Source: Chrysomallon squamiferum (taxonomy: Eukaryota; Animalia; Mollusca). From it: a DNA stretch of 64,000 nt. A program made the position numbers and the translations under genes. The notes beneath the pieces were generated by a model. That model worked only from the letters and a program-made list of their open reading frames with translations, was not told the DNA's origin and made no database searches. Of the stretch, positions 53,514 to 64,000 are shown one piece after another. The stretch lies in assembly GCA_012295275.1 (NCBI GenBank), contig CM022665.1, positions 29,078,001-29,142,000 on the forward strand. Direction: 5' to 3'. Positions within the stretch are counted from its first letter, which is position 1, and each line of letters opens with the position of its first letter.

Positions 53514-53601
<88 letters not shown>
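53499..53601. repeat. (GA)n microsatellite
   Basis: Directly visible. Confidence 0.9.
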
Positions 53602-53607
<6 letters not shown>

Positions 53608-53777
53608 CATATTAAAGTTTATAATAAACAGCTGTAAGTGGATACACATAACAAAAATCATACATCCATGATTGCCCTTTTACTTTTATTAGCACTAATC
53701 CGATATATTTAAAACTGATCTTCTTATCTTGTGGAAAATGTAATTAGAAAAGGCCCTTTACCTTATAACGATATAAG

Positions 53778-53960
53778 TCCGCCCCCTGCGTTACTAGTCA
53801 CTGGCACCACGTGGTTACATCGAACAGTTTAAATAGCATTGTCCTCACGCTGCAATTACTGACAGACAGCTATCAACTATCATGTTTAATAAGACAGAAA
53901 TAAAAAAGAAAAACGTCGATATAAAGTGCGCGACAGCCAGATTCGAGAAATACACGTGAA
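53778..53960 (+). promoter_or_regulatory. Probable globin promoter (GC box, CACGTG boxes, TATA-like element)
   Basis: CCGCCC at ~53779, CACGTG at 53808-53813 and 53953-53958, TTTAAATA at 53828-53835, all 80-260 bp upstream of the globin ATG. Confidence 0.5.
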
Positions 53961-54033
53961 AGCTGTTAGCACTTGGAGTTTCTCTAACTGTTGAACAAGT
54001 ACGATATGAATCTTGCTAAGTACTTGTAGTGTG

Positions 54034-54185
54034 ATGGGTATTTTTCAGTCTGTATCATGTGTGAAAAAGGATTCCAAGAAACAATTATCTGTTTATCTGA
54101 CAGCGAAACAAATTAGTTTGGTGCAGGATACATGGCGAGAGATTAAGAATGATATTCCTACACTTGGAGTCACCATTTTTGTCAA
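54034..54185 (+). CDS. Globin (globin X-like, predicted N-acylated), first coding exon only
   Basis: Encodes MGIFQSVSCVKKDSKKQLSVYLTAKQISLVQDTWREIKNDIPTLGVTIFV + AA|GTAAGT. LTxxQxxLVQxTW...GxxIF is the globin A/B-helix pattern. The phase-2 donor falls 17 codons after TrpA12, the conserved B12.2 intron position. No convincing exon 2 was found inside the window. Confidence 0.85.
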
Positions 54186-57100
54186 GTAAGTTACATAAGT
54201 TTGACTTGTAATCTTCATAAAAATAAGGAAATTCATGCAACATTCAACCAACCAATAACACAGTGAATGATATGTATAAACAAGGCGTTTAAAGCCACAA
54301 TCAGTGTTTTACCATTAAAAAGCATTTTACTTAGCTAATAATGTTTGACTAAAATAAGCACATTGTCAGTTTGTTGCAAGTCGTTATAATTGTTTTTTCT
54401 TCGTGAAATGTATTATTAAAATCAATAACTATAAGTACATTTATTTTTGTGTATAGCCCGAACGCTAACATCAAAAATAAAAACGACAATAACAACACTT
54501 TAAACAAAACAAACCAAAAGAAATTAATAATAATAACAAATGAATAAAAATACAAACGACAGTAACAACACATTAAAAAAAAAAAAAACAAAAACGCAAC
54601 GACAACATATAACTAGGTGGGTTATTATTTTTTTTAAATGTTTTTGTCAATGAATTCTAAATATTTATGTTACAACTACCAGCTGAATACATTACTAGAA
54701 GAGTATTTTTTAAAATTATTATTATTATATATTTTTTTAAATGTTATTCATTTATTTTCGTTTCTGAGAGACAAAACAGACAAAATGTTTCTTTCCCCTT
54801 TTTTTTAACAAAGCTGAATCAAAATTATTGTCATCTTCTACTTCTTCTTACGATTATTTATTTTATTTTATTTATTTAATTATTATTATTATTATTTTTA
54901 ATATTGTAATTATATTGCATAAAAATATATCTTGACATAACTGAAAACTGACAAATGCAAGTACAATTACTTAGTAAAAATGTTTTGTCACAGTTCTGTT
55001 GTGAAGGCGAAATTATATAATTGTTCTCAGCACCGATATATAATCTTTCTAAAATTTGATTAGGAACGAAATATCTTGATTTAAACTTTATATGTTACAA
55101 AATGTGTTTTCATATGTACTCGTTTCTCCGTGCGTGCGTAAATCTTGTATCGATCTCAAATCGTAGGAGAGGAACACGCATCCTCCCGACCATTTTGTAC
55201 TATAATATGAAAGAGAACAAACTGGCCAGCTGTTACCTGAGATGTCACACATCTCTTACAACTGATATAACAGGTCTGGAGCCTATAAAAACTGATACTA
55301 CACGCTGATTTTTTTAATGTAAGCTCGAAATGCTGGTTCTGAAGCCTATATAATAACTATTAATGAGATTTTAGCTATTACTGAAATCAGCAAAATTAAA
55401 GTAATTTCCTGAGAAATGTTTCGGTTGGCATTTCTGTTTCTTCTTGAATAGACAGCTTTGAGATTAGAAGCACAGCATAGTAATTCAAGAGTAACTTGAA
55501 TGAAAACCTCATTTAGCTGACATTTCATTCAACATTCATTTCTTTATTTTACATTGCACTCTAATTAGATTTGAATAGGTTTTATTGAGCTTAATAATGG
55601 AGAATTTTAAAACCAGTGATATTCGTACAAATTATTTTCTTCCATTTACCGTAAAAGTTGTGCTCAATATGATTTATCCGAATTTGTGATTAATATTACT
55701 TGTCTCTGGCATTTTCGAATAAAAAAGGAGAAGAGAAATATTGATCAAATGTTTGGGAGGAAATCTAATGTCGAACTAACGAAGATTTTATGCGAAGAAC
55801 CATTACCATGACGTCCCTTGTGCATCAAATACAATTCAATAAGATCAAGATAACAATCTTTAATAGGATGTCTTGACTCAATTTTAGAGACATGTTTTGC
55901 AACATGTACAGAGAAAACAGGATGTTTTTCACTTCTTTTTTTTCACACTTGCAATTTCCTAACATGAAAAGTGGAACAGAAAATGGTTTCAGAAAGAAAA
56001 TGATTTCAGAATTGGGTACATTCACAGATATTAATACATCTACCCACATGTACGAATTGGATGAGACATAGAGACTTATGCATATGTGTATTAAGGCACA
56101 TACATCCACAAAGATACACATCAAATTTATACATACACAGAGACCTTTATATCGTCGTCTAAAAGTAAATACATAAATGTTTTAAATAACGTTGAGTTTC
56201 TTTTGAAAAAAAAATGAAGAACCAAAAACTGTGATAAATCCATAAATGTCGTTTTTTTTCTTAAGCTGAAGGAATGATTTAAATGTTAGAAACAGTTACT
56301 TTCGATTTTACTTGTAACATTTCTCATGAGATTCAGACTGGATTCCATTTAGTTCAACAACAAGAGTTTCGCCAGGTTCCTGTATTTTAGTGTCTGATTT
56401 TGTGTGGAATATTTATACAGTGTTCCCTGTAAAATCTATCTATCTTTCTAAATGAATGTCACGATATATTTTTATTTCTCTTATAGATATTAATTCATTT
56501 AAAAAAAATTAAATTAAATTAAAAAAATTAGAAATCCTCTTTAATTTGTACTCTATATAATACATTATTATAGTTTGTATATTTATTTTCTATCGTATTT
56601 TAATTTGATTATGTAAAGTATCTGTTTCTCACTGAATTCACATCAGGTCTGAGGCGGTTTGAATGAATGAATTAACAATTATTACCATTGTTTTGTATTT
56701 CTTTTGTTTATATTTACACTTCTCGACAACCATCAAAGCTCGGTACTGAAAACAGCAATTGCCTGATTTCTTTTATGGTTCTGATTTCAGTGTTACACGC
56801 AAAAAAAAAAAAAAATAACCCTGGATAAAGTGAATATGATGATAATTCAGTCATTTGGAACCTGCTCTCACATCACATAAAGATTCCGTCAAGTCCTTAT
56901 TTGGCGTTATAGCGCAGAGGTTTGAATTCGCATCCAAGACGTTGTTAGTGTTAATCCGTTAGAAACAAACAAAAAAGTTTGTCCTAAATAATTAATTCTT
57001 GGTACGAGTTCATATTAAGTTGTTATTCGATTATTTATCTGTCTTAAGACCAATGACTTAGCCGCCAAGCCTACGAGTTTGCCTATAACATGGTATATCG

Positions 57101-58667
57101 AATGTAAATAGTAATTAATTTTCTATTCACATCATATGGCTAGTTTCAGCAGAATTCGCTCTGTCTTATTTAAAGAGATGTGCTGCTAGATCAGAGAAAA
57201 CAATTAATTTCTGTTGACAGAAAAACTGAAACTTTGTTGCCGATCGATATGTTATTAATTTTATTTTATTTATTTATTTCAGAACAATGGGTTTTGGAAG
57301 CACAGTTAATTACGTAAATTTCTATTTCCACATAGAAGGCTATAGTTCTTCACATTTTGCTTATTTATTTGCATAACAACAACAACAATAATGTTGTTGT
57401 TTTGGTATATGTTGCTATTATTATTATTATTATTATTCGTATTATTATTATCTTTGTTATTGTTAATAAATAATGTTTTGGTAAAATATCAAAGTTAATT
57501 ATAATTACTTCTCAGTAATTCGGCAGCTAATCCAAAAGCGAACTAAAATGAATGTTAGAAACAAGATATCTCTTTCTTCTTGATCTGCATTTTATATATG
57601 AATATAAAAAAAATTAAAAAAAATAAAATAATAATAATAATAATAATAATAAATTAACACAAACCAATAAAACAGGGAAAAAAATAATAAATGAACAAAT
57701 CAAGACAACAAAACACAAAATAAATAAACGACAACATAAAACAAAGGAAAGACCCCTTCCCTCAAAACAAGGACATAAGAAACATTAAATCATTTAAAAA
57801 CTTTTATTACAATAATATTTTTAATTAATTTAATTTAATATATTTGTTTTGTACACGATACTAACAACATTAACTGGAATACTTCAGAATCTATAAACTT
57901 CACCAATAAACGGAAACCACAGAAACAAAAACAACAATTAAGCATGAACACAAGACTGTACTGGGATTTTGTTATGCTACGTTACGATGTAATACCTAAA
58001 CGGTGACCAGTGTTAGAGATAATCAGTATGTGAAGTTCAGTTACAGTAGTAATTAAAGTAATTACACACCACAGTACGTTTAACTCTTTCAAGACAATCA
58101 TGTTCATAGGTCATAGTAGTCTACTGGAAGTATTTTAAAACTGGTCGATGTTAACGCGTCATACACAGTAATTTCTGCCAGCATATTAATCGCAAACGAA
58201 TTTACTTCGTCTTGTTTTCATTGTCAGCTACAGATTAAAAATCTCTAAATTATCGGATTCGTGCACCATTTTTTTGTAATCTTGCTTCTTTAAACACCCT
58301 GATGTTCGGCCGAACTGTTCTGCGAGATCAGTCCTTGTAGATGCAGCCAAAGAGCTATTTCACGTTCCACTCTGTGTCTTATGACTAGATTATAGAGTTT
58401 CTTGGTAAGTAATTTACCTTCTGCTGAAAACTACTAATACAAATATCTCGTGTTGTAAGATTAACTAACCCATCAGGTTCTTTCCTGTGACTGTCGTTAC
58501 TAAATTATACATTAAATAACTGTTAATTTCATGATATGATGAAGTCTTGTTAGTCACATATGAATGACTGATGAATTCATTCATTATGGTTTGGTATACA
58601 AATTGCAGAATTAATGTTTTGTCATCTTGCTGGCTTTTTTATTTTTATTTATTACTTTTATTGTTTA

Positions 58668-58669
<2 letters not shown>

Positions 58670-58723
<54 letters not shown>
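58670..58723. repeat. (AAT)n microsatellite
   Basis: Directly visible. Confidence 0.9.
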
Positions 58724-58726
<3 letters not shown>

Positions 58727-59612
58727 TGTAAAAAAGATCAACAACTTCGGATTTAGAAACGCTCTGTTATAATGTCATTTTGCAACAAAGTAAGTTTCGC
58801 AAATGATGCATGGCTTAGTTCATCTGAGCTTACCTATCACTTGATGTGTTTGGGTCGATAATGTTTTTATTCTGATTTGAATCCTACTGTCAGTTTGAAA
58901 ATTCGAGGCAATTTAAGAGCTGAGGATATAAAATTTAGCGCGGTCTTAAATGCAGTTTGAAAACTCATTATCATGTAATAATGGTTCACGCAACATGAAG
59001 CGCCAACGACTGTTCATTAACAAGTTATTTCGCTGCTTTCGTGGTCAAATGGTTATCACCAGTAGTGTATTAGCAAGGCAGACTGTTATATTTAGCTTGC
59101 TTTTGACGTTAGGTGTGAATACATAACTAATTCGTTGGTTTGAGGGTCAGAATTTGTACACATCTTTACAGAAACCAAGTCGAATAAAGAAAACTAAATA
59201 ACGTATACTTTTTCTGAAGTTATAATCGAAATTTCAGACCTAGCCTGTTAAAATATAAACTATCAATAACTGGACTATTATCGAATCAGGGATATTTATA
59301 TGCTGTATGTAAGATTTAAATCTGTTACTGGTTATGTTTATGTCATATATAGTTATTAATAACTGAAAAACATACACATTACAAAATTAATTAAGCGAAA
59401 ATCAGATTATGTAGGATATACATCTAGAAACCAAAACAATATCGAAAGAAAAAACAAAAAAAAAAAAAAATATGAGAAGAAGAAGAAGAACTATTAACGA
59501 CAAAGCAATTAATCTCTCTCTATATATATATTGGTCTAAATCAATTTTATTAAAATTCTGAACAGATAACTATCGCTGTTAGTACATACCAATAGAAATA
59601 AAGCAAACACAT

Positions 59613-59650
<38 letters not shown>

Positions 59651-60346
59651 AAAAAAAAAACACACCAAAAAGTCAAAAACAAAAACCATAACAGTAAAAT
59701 ACATAATATGTCTGAAAATGAGTAAAAGATAAATTGAGACATTTACCGATTTGGGAATTACAAATCCCTGGCAATACATCTCATGTTCGAGAAACGCCTT
59801 TGCTAAACGACAGTTTGTCACGAACCTGTGTAAGATACAATTACACTAATTATGGATAACCATTAAGTAACGTTTCCTTTTACTGAGTTTAATTTAGTAA
59901 TTTATTATTCTTTATACGTTTCCTTCGACGGAGGAGAAATTATAATCCGCCATTGCTCATGAAGCCTAATTTTTATGTTTTTCTTTTTCTCTTCTGTTTT
60001 CTAAAGGGAAATGCTTATTTTAAGCATAGCAATGAACCTTTAAATTAACAGAAAAACTAAGAACAAAAAAGGAACAACTGTTTATTTTAAATTTGCTTAA
60101 ATTGTTACTGCTCAAAGAAGAAAGATGTAAAAATAACCGTTGAAGAACTGATGAAAAAAAGGCTTACTAAAGTATAAACTCTTTTGCTCGTTACTGAAGT
60201 TCTAGATATATACTGCTTTACAGGTTATCAAATAAGGGCATGTAAATTTATATTAGAATCACATAAAAACAAGACACAACGCACCTTTTCTTTCTTTTTT
60301 TTCTTTTTTTAAGGAAATGTAATTTCATATGATTTCATTTTATTTA

Positions 60347-60354
<8 letters not shown>

Positions 60355-60415
<61 letters not shown>
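60355..60415. repeat. (TTA)n microsatellite
   Basis: Directly visible. Confidence 0.9.
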
Positions 60416-62056
60416 TGTCTTGTTTTGAAATCCAGAAATCTACTATTTCAATGGTTTATATATGAGGAGATATAAATACTTTGACTAAAAATATCCCTGT
60501 CACCAAGCACACGTACACACAGATTATAGACTGTTTACTCTCTCAGTCGCGACACTTGCAGGTGTAAGAGACTCAATTCTTTTTTATCAAAAGAAAACGA
60601 GATTACTTTATTTGTTTTCGTTAGTTCTAACTCCTGGCGTATTAAAGTCAAAACATTTAACACGAGTAATATAAAATATATGGCTTCCATTACTACGGAT
60701 TTCGCACGTTTTGTCTCGCAGATTATAATCATTTTTTAAAACAATTTTGGGTGCGTTGGCTCGCCAAACAATAGTTTGAATATACAAATGTCAGACCCCT
60801 TAAAACTAAATTCAGTAAACAGTTAGTTTTATTTTAATGTGTATATTTCCAACGAGAGGACAATAGTTCGGAAGCAACACGAAAGTTAGAAAAGATAATG
60901 TTCCAGATGTTACGCATTACTTTATGGGTTTGAAGTGAATAAGAAACATTTTTGACGATGATTTCTTTTTCGTTACTTTATCTATGTGACATGTCATGCT
61001 TAGTAAGCTTATTACCATATTATAATTTAATAAAAATGGATTTTTAATGACAGTTTTGGGCCTGGAAGATCAGTCTATTTTGGCGACTGAAAAACATATT
61101 AATAAATATATCGTAAAACAAATATTTAGTTAAATTGTTGTCTAAAAGTCTCATTATGTAGATATTTTTCTTAGCGGAAATGGGCGATTTTTTTTTATAA
61201 AAGCCGTAGGTGAATGAATACACTCTAGACTGACAACATTGACTGTTTGCTATCCTCACCCACTTTCTGCCATCAGTTATGTCCAGGTGAATGGCATTCA
61301 GCAGTACATATTTGATGTCATTTTATCAACATTAGACTATACTATCGGAAAATAATACGCATTTCATAATAATTGCTGTCGTCTCTTTGAAATAATGTGA
61401 TAAATATTGGCAACATCACTTGTTCCAGTTCTGTGAAAATGAGTCTATAACAGACATAAACTTTAAAATTCCGTGGACTAATATCGTACAAATCTTCTAC
61501 AAGACCGGGCAAAAAAAAAAAAAATGTGGTTCCTTTATCATACCAAAGCGTTATTCAAAACTTCTTGTAGACTTACTGTATACCTCTGAATTTGCAGTGG
61601 AACGTTGACTATACGAAAATTTTAATACTTTTATGACCTGAATTTTCATTTCATGGATGCCATCTTAAGCTCGGCCTTTACCCATTTCCTCTGAAATTCA
61701 CTTCAACATATTATTATTAGAAGGTTATTATACTGTAATTGAAACTTCCCTCTGTGACTTTTATGAACCAGAAGCCTCATTGTGCATAATAGAATAAGCA
61801 AGACACAGAAATAAGGTTTCTTTTTCTTGTTGTAAACTCGGACTGACTTCGCCAACAGCGATCTGCTTCAAATTATATCGAAGCCAGTGAAATTGTGTTA
61901 CCTCTGTTGGTCTTGCTTTCAGCAAACTCTAAGACACTCACAGAGGCAAGGTAATCTTGCACAACTACGTGTTCTTTACATACTTAAATACAAATTATTG
62001 TGTGAAATAGAATTCAGTCAAGATCCAAAAATGCCTTAAGATGTGTGTTTTGTTTT

Positions 62057-62070
62057 TGTGTGTGTGTGAG

Positions 62071-62147
<77 letters not shown>
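62057..62147. repeat. (TG)n-(GA)n microsatellite
   Basis: Directly visible. Confidence 0.9.
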
Positions 62148-62151
<4 letters not shown>

Positions 62152-64000
62152 GTTTATTTCTCTTTTTGAGTATGTGTGTGAATGTGTGTTTTAGAGAGAA
62201 TGAGTGAATGTATGTAGGTATATATGTCTGATTGTGTGTTTTTTTTAGAGACGTGTGTTTGTTTTGTAAATGTATTAGTTTACGAGTACAGTCGACCCTT
62301 CATTTAACGGACTAAAAAAAAGGTTTTGTGAAAAATGAACAATTTGAATTATATTAATATTAACAGTGAAGGATAATATTCAAAAATAAACTTATATTAA
62401 ATTCACATTGTGAAATAATGTTCTGATTATTTTAAATATGTCTATATGGGTGTATGCATGTATTGCATACAATTCTGTATTCTGTTAGTAATGTCTGCCT
62501 ATTATTCAACACAAATAATTAATTTAGTTTTCATATTTTATTGATTTAAAATTTATCAGCAAAACTCGGATGTAGATATGGATTTCTGAACTTTTGTTTT
62601 ATGAGTTTGTGTCGATCCTATCGCAACAAATCAACTTGAGGTATGGTAAATACTTGAGGTATGGATTTGTTATTCACAGCAAAGACATTTACACTGGACG
62701 AAGCTGATTAAACAGCGACATGGGAACATTCTGTTCAGAAGGAATTGTTGTAACTGCTGTATAAACAACTTAATAGCTCTCTGTCCATACTGATTCGATA
62801 TATTTTGTTTCTTTCTTTGAAGTTAACAAACGTTATCACAGCAGAATCTTTCTTTCCAAGTTAATAATGATAATTATCATAATTTATAATTTAATACGTT
62901 TGATGGTGTAATATTTTAGAAAATTAGAGACAGTGGAGAGGTAAAGAAGAATAAGATTTAGTAAAATATTCGCTACCTCCAAACCAGCTATGAAATTGTG
63001 TAGTAGGTACAATTTCCATATTTCACAGCGTAATTTACACTGTTCGTAAAAATATTTCTAAAATGATCCTAATAAATTGAGGATATGGCAGCTTTGATGT
63101 GACTTGTTCACTCTATCAAAGGTTCTGATGTCAGGATAAAATAGAAAACTCCAAGCTACTCTTATTATTTAGTTACCATACTTTATTTTTAACAAAGAAT
63201 AGTGGAGGAAAATATACAACTGTGATTGAAAGTAACCGAAATGTTCAGAGGTCATTTTTGTATAGAATTGTTTACAGAAAAACTATTCGTTCCAGCATAG
63301 ACATATGAAAGAAATGTTTTTGTTTACCCTGTAACAAGATATATCTAGCTTAATACAGCTTGCCTATCACGAAAAAGTGTAGCATTAAAGATCAAGTCAA
63401 AAAAATATCACTGTCACGTACAATTTCAAAGTAACGGTTATTATTCAACTTTTTATTCCCCCCCCCCCTTCTTTGGAATTCGTCAATAAGCAAGAAGAAA
63501 TATAGAGACTGAATGCGACTTGTATTGATTTGAGCAAACCGAAAACAGCGAAATAACGATGTCGACAACACTTAGAGAAATCTTTAAAACATGCATCAAT
63601 AAGTATGGCCTGACATGTCAGTTACTAGATTATTTTCAGACGATATTTTGCAACCAAACTCTGAATAATGCAGTATTTCTGTAGGGAACTGAAACAGTAC
63701 AAAAAAATATCTTCAATCTAAATACAAGTATTTGTATTTATGTATGGCAGTATGTCGGTGCTAATTAAATTATAAAGATATCTGAAACAATCTGAAATCA
63801 TAAGATATTATATCAGAATCGTAAACATGGTTTTTTTGTTTGTTGTTTTTTCCAAAGTTTATGATTATTATAAATAGTTTTCCTCCTGTCTTCGACTGTG
63901 TTTATCCTTTTTATTAATGCTCTCTCCATCCATATTTCTGTTTATGTGTGCGTGTGTCTATACTATTACTACTACTACTACTACGGCTAAGAGTACTACT

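Noticed and set aside
56850-56962. Candidate globin exon 2 (HKDSVKSLFG...)
   Set aside because: Wrong spacing from B12, no distal His region, and it runs into a stop without a donor.
62287-63898. TA-CAGTCGA ... TCGACTG as Tc1/pogo-type ends
   Set aside because: Only a 7 bp match, no TA at the right end and no transposase remnant.

Overview
AT-rich animal genomic DNA with GT-AG introns and (AG)n/(AAT)n/(TG)n microsatellites; probably an invertebrate, and the taxon cannot be fixed from sequence alone. In order it holds: (1) a six-exon ARPIN (Arp2/3 inhibitor) gene on the minus strand, seen only as fragments in the ORF track; (2) a ~40 kb tandem cluster of seven C2H2 zinc-finger genes, here called ZNF-A to ZNF-G; (3) an internally deleted Academ (AcademX, XPG-type) DNA transposon with ~430 bp inverted repeats; (4) the promoter and first coding exon of a globin with a predicted N-acylation signal (globin X-like), absent from the ORF track. 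The best candidate for something undescribed is the ZNF family architecture. Five paralogues share an N-terminal H-x1/2-C-x-W-[ST]-L...K-[IL]-V-K-x-[FY]-x-C-x2-C module that I do not recognise as KRAB, SCAN, BTB or ZAD, followed by an isolated finger pair. Five share a C-terminal cassette with atypical CPWxHC and C2HC fingers. Several carry Sin3-interaction-like helices. Five of the eight complete host genes carry exactly one single-base frameshift, most likely consensus errors. A CpG-rich 225 bp fold-back at 21.3-21.6 kb is unexplained. All identifications were made by eye from manual translation; no searches were run.
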